64,000 bases of DNA from Camelus dromedarius. Lineage: Eukaryota. Shown piece after piece: positions 61,000 through 64,000 of the stretch; positions within the stretch are counted from its first letter, which is position 1; each line of letters opens with the position of its first letter. The notes under the pieces were generated by a model, which saw only the letters and a program-made list of their open reading frames with translations, did not search any database and had not been told where the DNA came from. Position numbers and translations under genes: made by a program. The stretch is from positions 43,030,001-43,094,000 of the forward strand of contig NC_087447.1 of NCBI RefSeq assembly GCF_036321535.1, given 5' to 3'.

Positions 61000-61266
61000 G
61001 AGAAAAGGCGAGTTCCCTCTCTTGCTTGAGCAGGGCTGTCTGTCTTCTCCTGCATTTGGGCATCTGTGCTCCTGGTTCTCAGGCCTTTGGGTTCAGACTG
61101 AGTGACATCCCTGGCTTTCCTGGTTCTCCAGTTTGCAGAAGGCACCTCATGGGACTTCACTTCCATAACCATGTGAACCAATTCCTAGAATAAACCTCCC
61201 TTTATATATATATATCTATGTCTATCCTACTGGTTCTGTCTCTCTGGAGACCCCTGACGAATATCG
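61000..61266 (+). mobile_element. ERVL MLT2-type LTR, 3' half
   Basis: ctcctggttctcaggcctttgggttcagactg...ctccagtttgcagaaggca...ccataaccatgtgaaccaattcctagaataaacc...tatcctactggttctgtctctctggagacccctgac. Confidence 0.8.
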
Positions 61267-61594
61267 TCCACTCAGGGGTGTCACCTCCAGGCACCTGGTC
61301 GGCAGCCCCAGCAGTGCTGGGAAATCAGTGTGAGGCAGTCAGAGGCACGTGCTCCCCAGAAGCAAGGAGGGGCTCGCAGAAATGGTGAGGGGATCCGAGG
61401 GGACCTGGGCAGAGCACCCCCAGGTGTGGGGCCTGGGGCCCAGCATGTGAGGGCTGGGGTGGCTTCAAGGCAGCCAGCCTGAGATGAAGCAGGAACCAGC
61501 TAACTCCACACCGGGCAGACCCCGATTCTGGGGACGAAAGCCTCTGAGGCATGGGGATTCTCCAAGAAGGGAAAAATGGAAAAATACCTGTAAC

Positions 61595-61770
61595 AGTCGT
61601 GGCTAACACTTACATAGCACTTACCATACCACGTGCTGTTTTAGGGGCTTTATATAATTTAATGCAAGGAAATAGAGGCTCTTACTGTCCCCGGTTTACA
61701 GATGAGGAAAACTAGGCTTGGCAAAGTCGACCAAAATGCCCAAAGTCACATGACTAGAAGTGGGAGACCA
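61595..61770 (-). mobile_element. MIR SINE
   Basis: gctaacacttacatagcacttaccatacca...ggtttacagatgaggaaaactaggc...tgcccaaagtcacatgactagaagtgg. Confidence 0.8.
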
Positions 61771-62714
61771 ACAGGGGTGACCAGAGATCAGAGGGAGTCA
61801 GGAAGGGGATTCCAGAGAGCTCCTATCAGTGAGGGCGCTCCCAGGCTCTGTCAGGGATGCTGGCTTAGGTGACTTGTTCAAGGTCACACACCTGGTAGAA
61901 TTCAAACCAAAGTTAAGGGGAGGATGTTTTTTAAATGAAGTCACACAATTTTTTTCCTTCAATTTGTTGAGTGTCCCTCCCCCCCAAAAAAACCCCTTCG
62001 TTCAGCCAGAGACACCCAATGTTGGGGAGGCACAGGGTGCAGGAAAGCAAAGAGAGAGACTCGATGTGTAGACTTTCCGAAGAGGACCTCTGTGTCCACG
62101 CGAAAATGGACACGTCACAAGCCAGACTTGGTTGAGAGAGAGAAGGTTTTCTAAGTTCCTAAAGCTCCATTTAAACAACAAAGTCGAGCCTGGGGGACTC
62201 AGATCTAGAGTTTTTCTCTAAGCCGCAGCAGGAGGAGGATGGAGGGTGTTGCACAGTGGGAGTTCCCCTCCCAGCTGAGGAGGTAGAGGGGTGGACAGCA
62301 CTGAAACGGTGAGCAGGGAGCGAGGCAAGGGTCAGCTGTTGTAGCCTTGGTTTTTCCCAGTGTGGAAAAACCACAGGGGTTGGGGGCCTCCCAGTGAAGG
62401 GGTGTCTCCTCTCCTGTCCACAGCAGCCTAGACTGTGGACAAGGCCAGCTCGTTCATGGGGCCCCCAGCTCTATAGGGGCCAGGACTGGATAGTACAACC
62501 CTGGCAATGGTTTCGAAACAGCTGAGGAAGGTATCCAGGTGGCTGAACCAAAGGGCAGCCTCACAGGACTTCCCGCACTCTGTCGGGGCTAGGGGTGGGA
62601 GGTGGAGAAAGCACATTCGAGTTCCTAGCCCGCAGAGAGGGTGCTGGGGGAGTGATGATGGATTCAGGTAGGTCCGGGGTCGGTCAGGTGCTGGAGGCTG
62701 TGGAACCAGGATTT

Positions 62715-63114
62715 TGTTGGTGGTAATTTATGCTGTTTGCCAAGTGTTCTGGCTTCTCTCCGCTTCCTGGCCTGGGGCAGGACTGAGATCCTGGCTCTGT
62801 GGTGGGACCACATGACTAGTGGCTGGTCAAAGCATCATGAGCAGAAGTGACACATGCCACTTCCAGGACAGGCACTCGACCACGGAAGTGAAAGCCCCAT
62901 AGCACCTCCTTCCCTCTGCTGCCTCATTCGCAAGGTCCTGGATGGTGGCTGCTCCGTCAGCCTGGATCCTGGAGGGAGGACAGTGATGACCAGCTTGGAG
63001 CCCATGGCTGACTCCTGAAGCCCCTGTGTGAGAAGTAAACCTTTGTTGTACATCCCTGAGGTTTGAGGACTGTTTGTTGTTGTCACAGCATAACCTAGTT
63101 TGTACTGGCTGACA
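62715..63114 (+). mobile_element. MaLR solo LTR, MLT1I-like
   Basis: gggaccacatgactagt...tgagcagaagtgacacatgccacttcc...gatggtggctgctccgtcagcctggatcc...gagaagtaaacctttgttg...cacagcataacctagtt. Confidence 0.75.
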
Positions 63115-64000
63115 TGGGCTTCATGACTAGAAACCAGGACAGAGCTCAGCTCAGCACCTCAGTGGACACCGGGAGCTGGTCACACTGTCTGAGACCAGTG
63201 AGAACCCAACAGGCAGCACGGGCCCCTGATGCCTTTCCCTGGGCCCCCCCGAGAGGTGCCAGCTACCCCTGCAGTCAGCTGCCACCTTTCAAAGAAGGGA
63301 GTAGCATGAAGATATAATGAAAGAGAAAACAGTCCTCAGAGTTTGAATTTGGAAAGACTGAGTATTTCTGCAAAAGATGTCAAGTTAGCCTGAAAGAGAC
63401 TGTTTTAAACTGGAAAAGGCTGAGCTGTCGTTAATTGATGAGTTAAAGGCCTTCCCTGACTCCTTTCCCAGTCATCAGTGGGAATACAAGCAAGGACCAA
63501 GAGGAGATGAATTATAGAAAATAAAGATCTAGGCTTTTGCACATATGAGTGGATAAATTCTGCAAGTTTGTGCCTGCCCACCTCAGTGACTCCAGAGCCT
63601 GGGCCCGAGTCTCCCTTGCTGTCCCCAGATAACTCATGTTCCCTAACATGCTGCCTCCGGGCAAGAAGGGGCTCTGAGTACCATGTGCTGGCCCAGAGTT
63701 GTGGCAGCAAGAGGAGAGCTGGGGTGGGAGGACATGTGGAGGCCATTTCATGTATCTGGTAAGTCCTTTGTTTTAGAAATAAAGAGACCAGGGGCAAGAC
63801 GAGGCATGTCCTCAAGGCCGTAGAGCCAGTACCAGCCACACGGGAGCCTTGAAGTGGGAGCAGGGGCCTCCGCCCACAGAAATTCTGCCCTCCTTCCTCT
63901 TTGATTCTGTCTCAGAGCATCACCTCACCATCTGACACCAACACCTAGCCCAAACCTGGGTCACCCTTGACTCCTCCTCCTCCTCCGCATTCAGTCCCCA

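Noticed and set aside
63750..63770. Consensus splice donor CTG|GTAAGT
   Set aside because: Isolated site with no supportable acceptor or exon partner; such hexamers occur by chance.
34942..63839. Numerous 100-212 aa ORFs in the GC-rich half (e.g. 56512..57150, 36798..37349, 41835..42395)
   Set aside because: They overlap on both strands, are rich in P/G/S/L/R, mostly start at non-ATG codons, and show no recognisable domains or exon chain. This is what stop-codon scarcity in GC-rich DNA produces.
27300..64000. LMO1 coding exons
   Set aside because: No LIM-domain (C-x2-C...H-x2-C) coding exon was recognised. LMO1 is invoked only from recalled human synteny and should lie beyond the window.

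Overview
Mammalian genomic DNA, very probably camelid (alpaca/llama/camel), judged from three copies of a tRNA-derived SINE of the camelid Vic-1 type. The window holds the 3' end of the serine/threonine kinase gene STK33 on the + strand: the penultimate coding exon (11022-11219, GNTLSSARPTNVLEMMKEWKNNPES...DEEEEKQ), a 15.2-kb last intron, and the terminal exon (CDS 26411-26623, ending ...ALPRTKKNL*) with AATAAA signals at 27039 and 27208. The kinase-domain exons lie upstream of the window. Just after the gene the sequence switches from AT-rich and L1-dense to GC-rich intergenic DNA. In human this interval runs toward LMO1 (recalled synteny; LMO1 is not in the window). It contains several repeat-free, TAAT-rich enhancer-like blocks and an orphan CpG island at about 54.2-54.75 kb. 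The rest is ordinary interspersed repeats (L1, L2, MIR, MaLR/ERVL LTRs, Tigger/MER DNA transposons), several nested and with intact target-site duplications. Repeat subfamily names come from recalled consensus sequences and many boundaries are approximate. I found no convincing novel multi-gene system. The best leads are alternative STK33 C-termini, RFX X-boxes in STK33 introns, and putative LMO1 distal regulatory elements.
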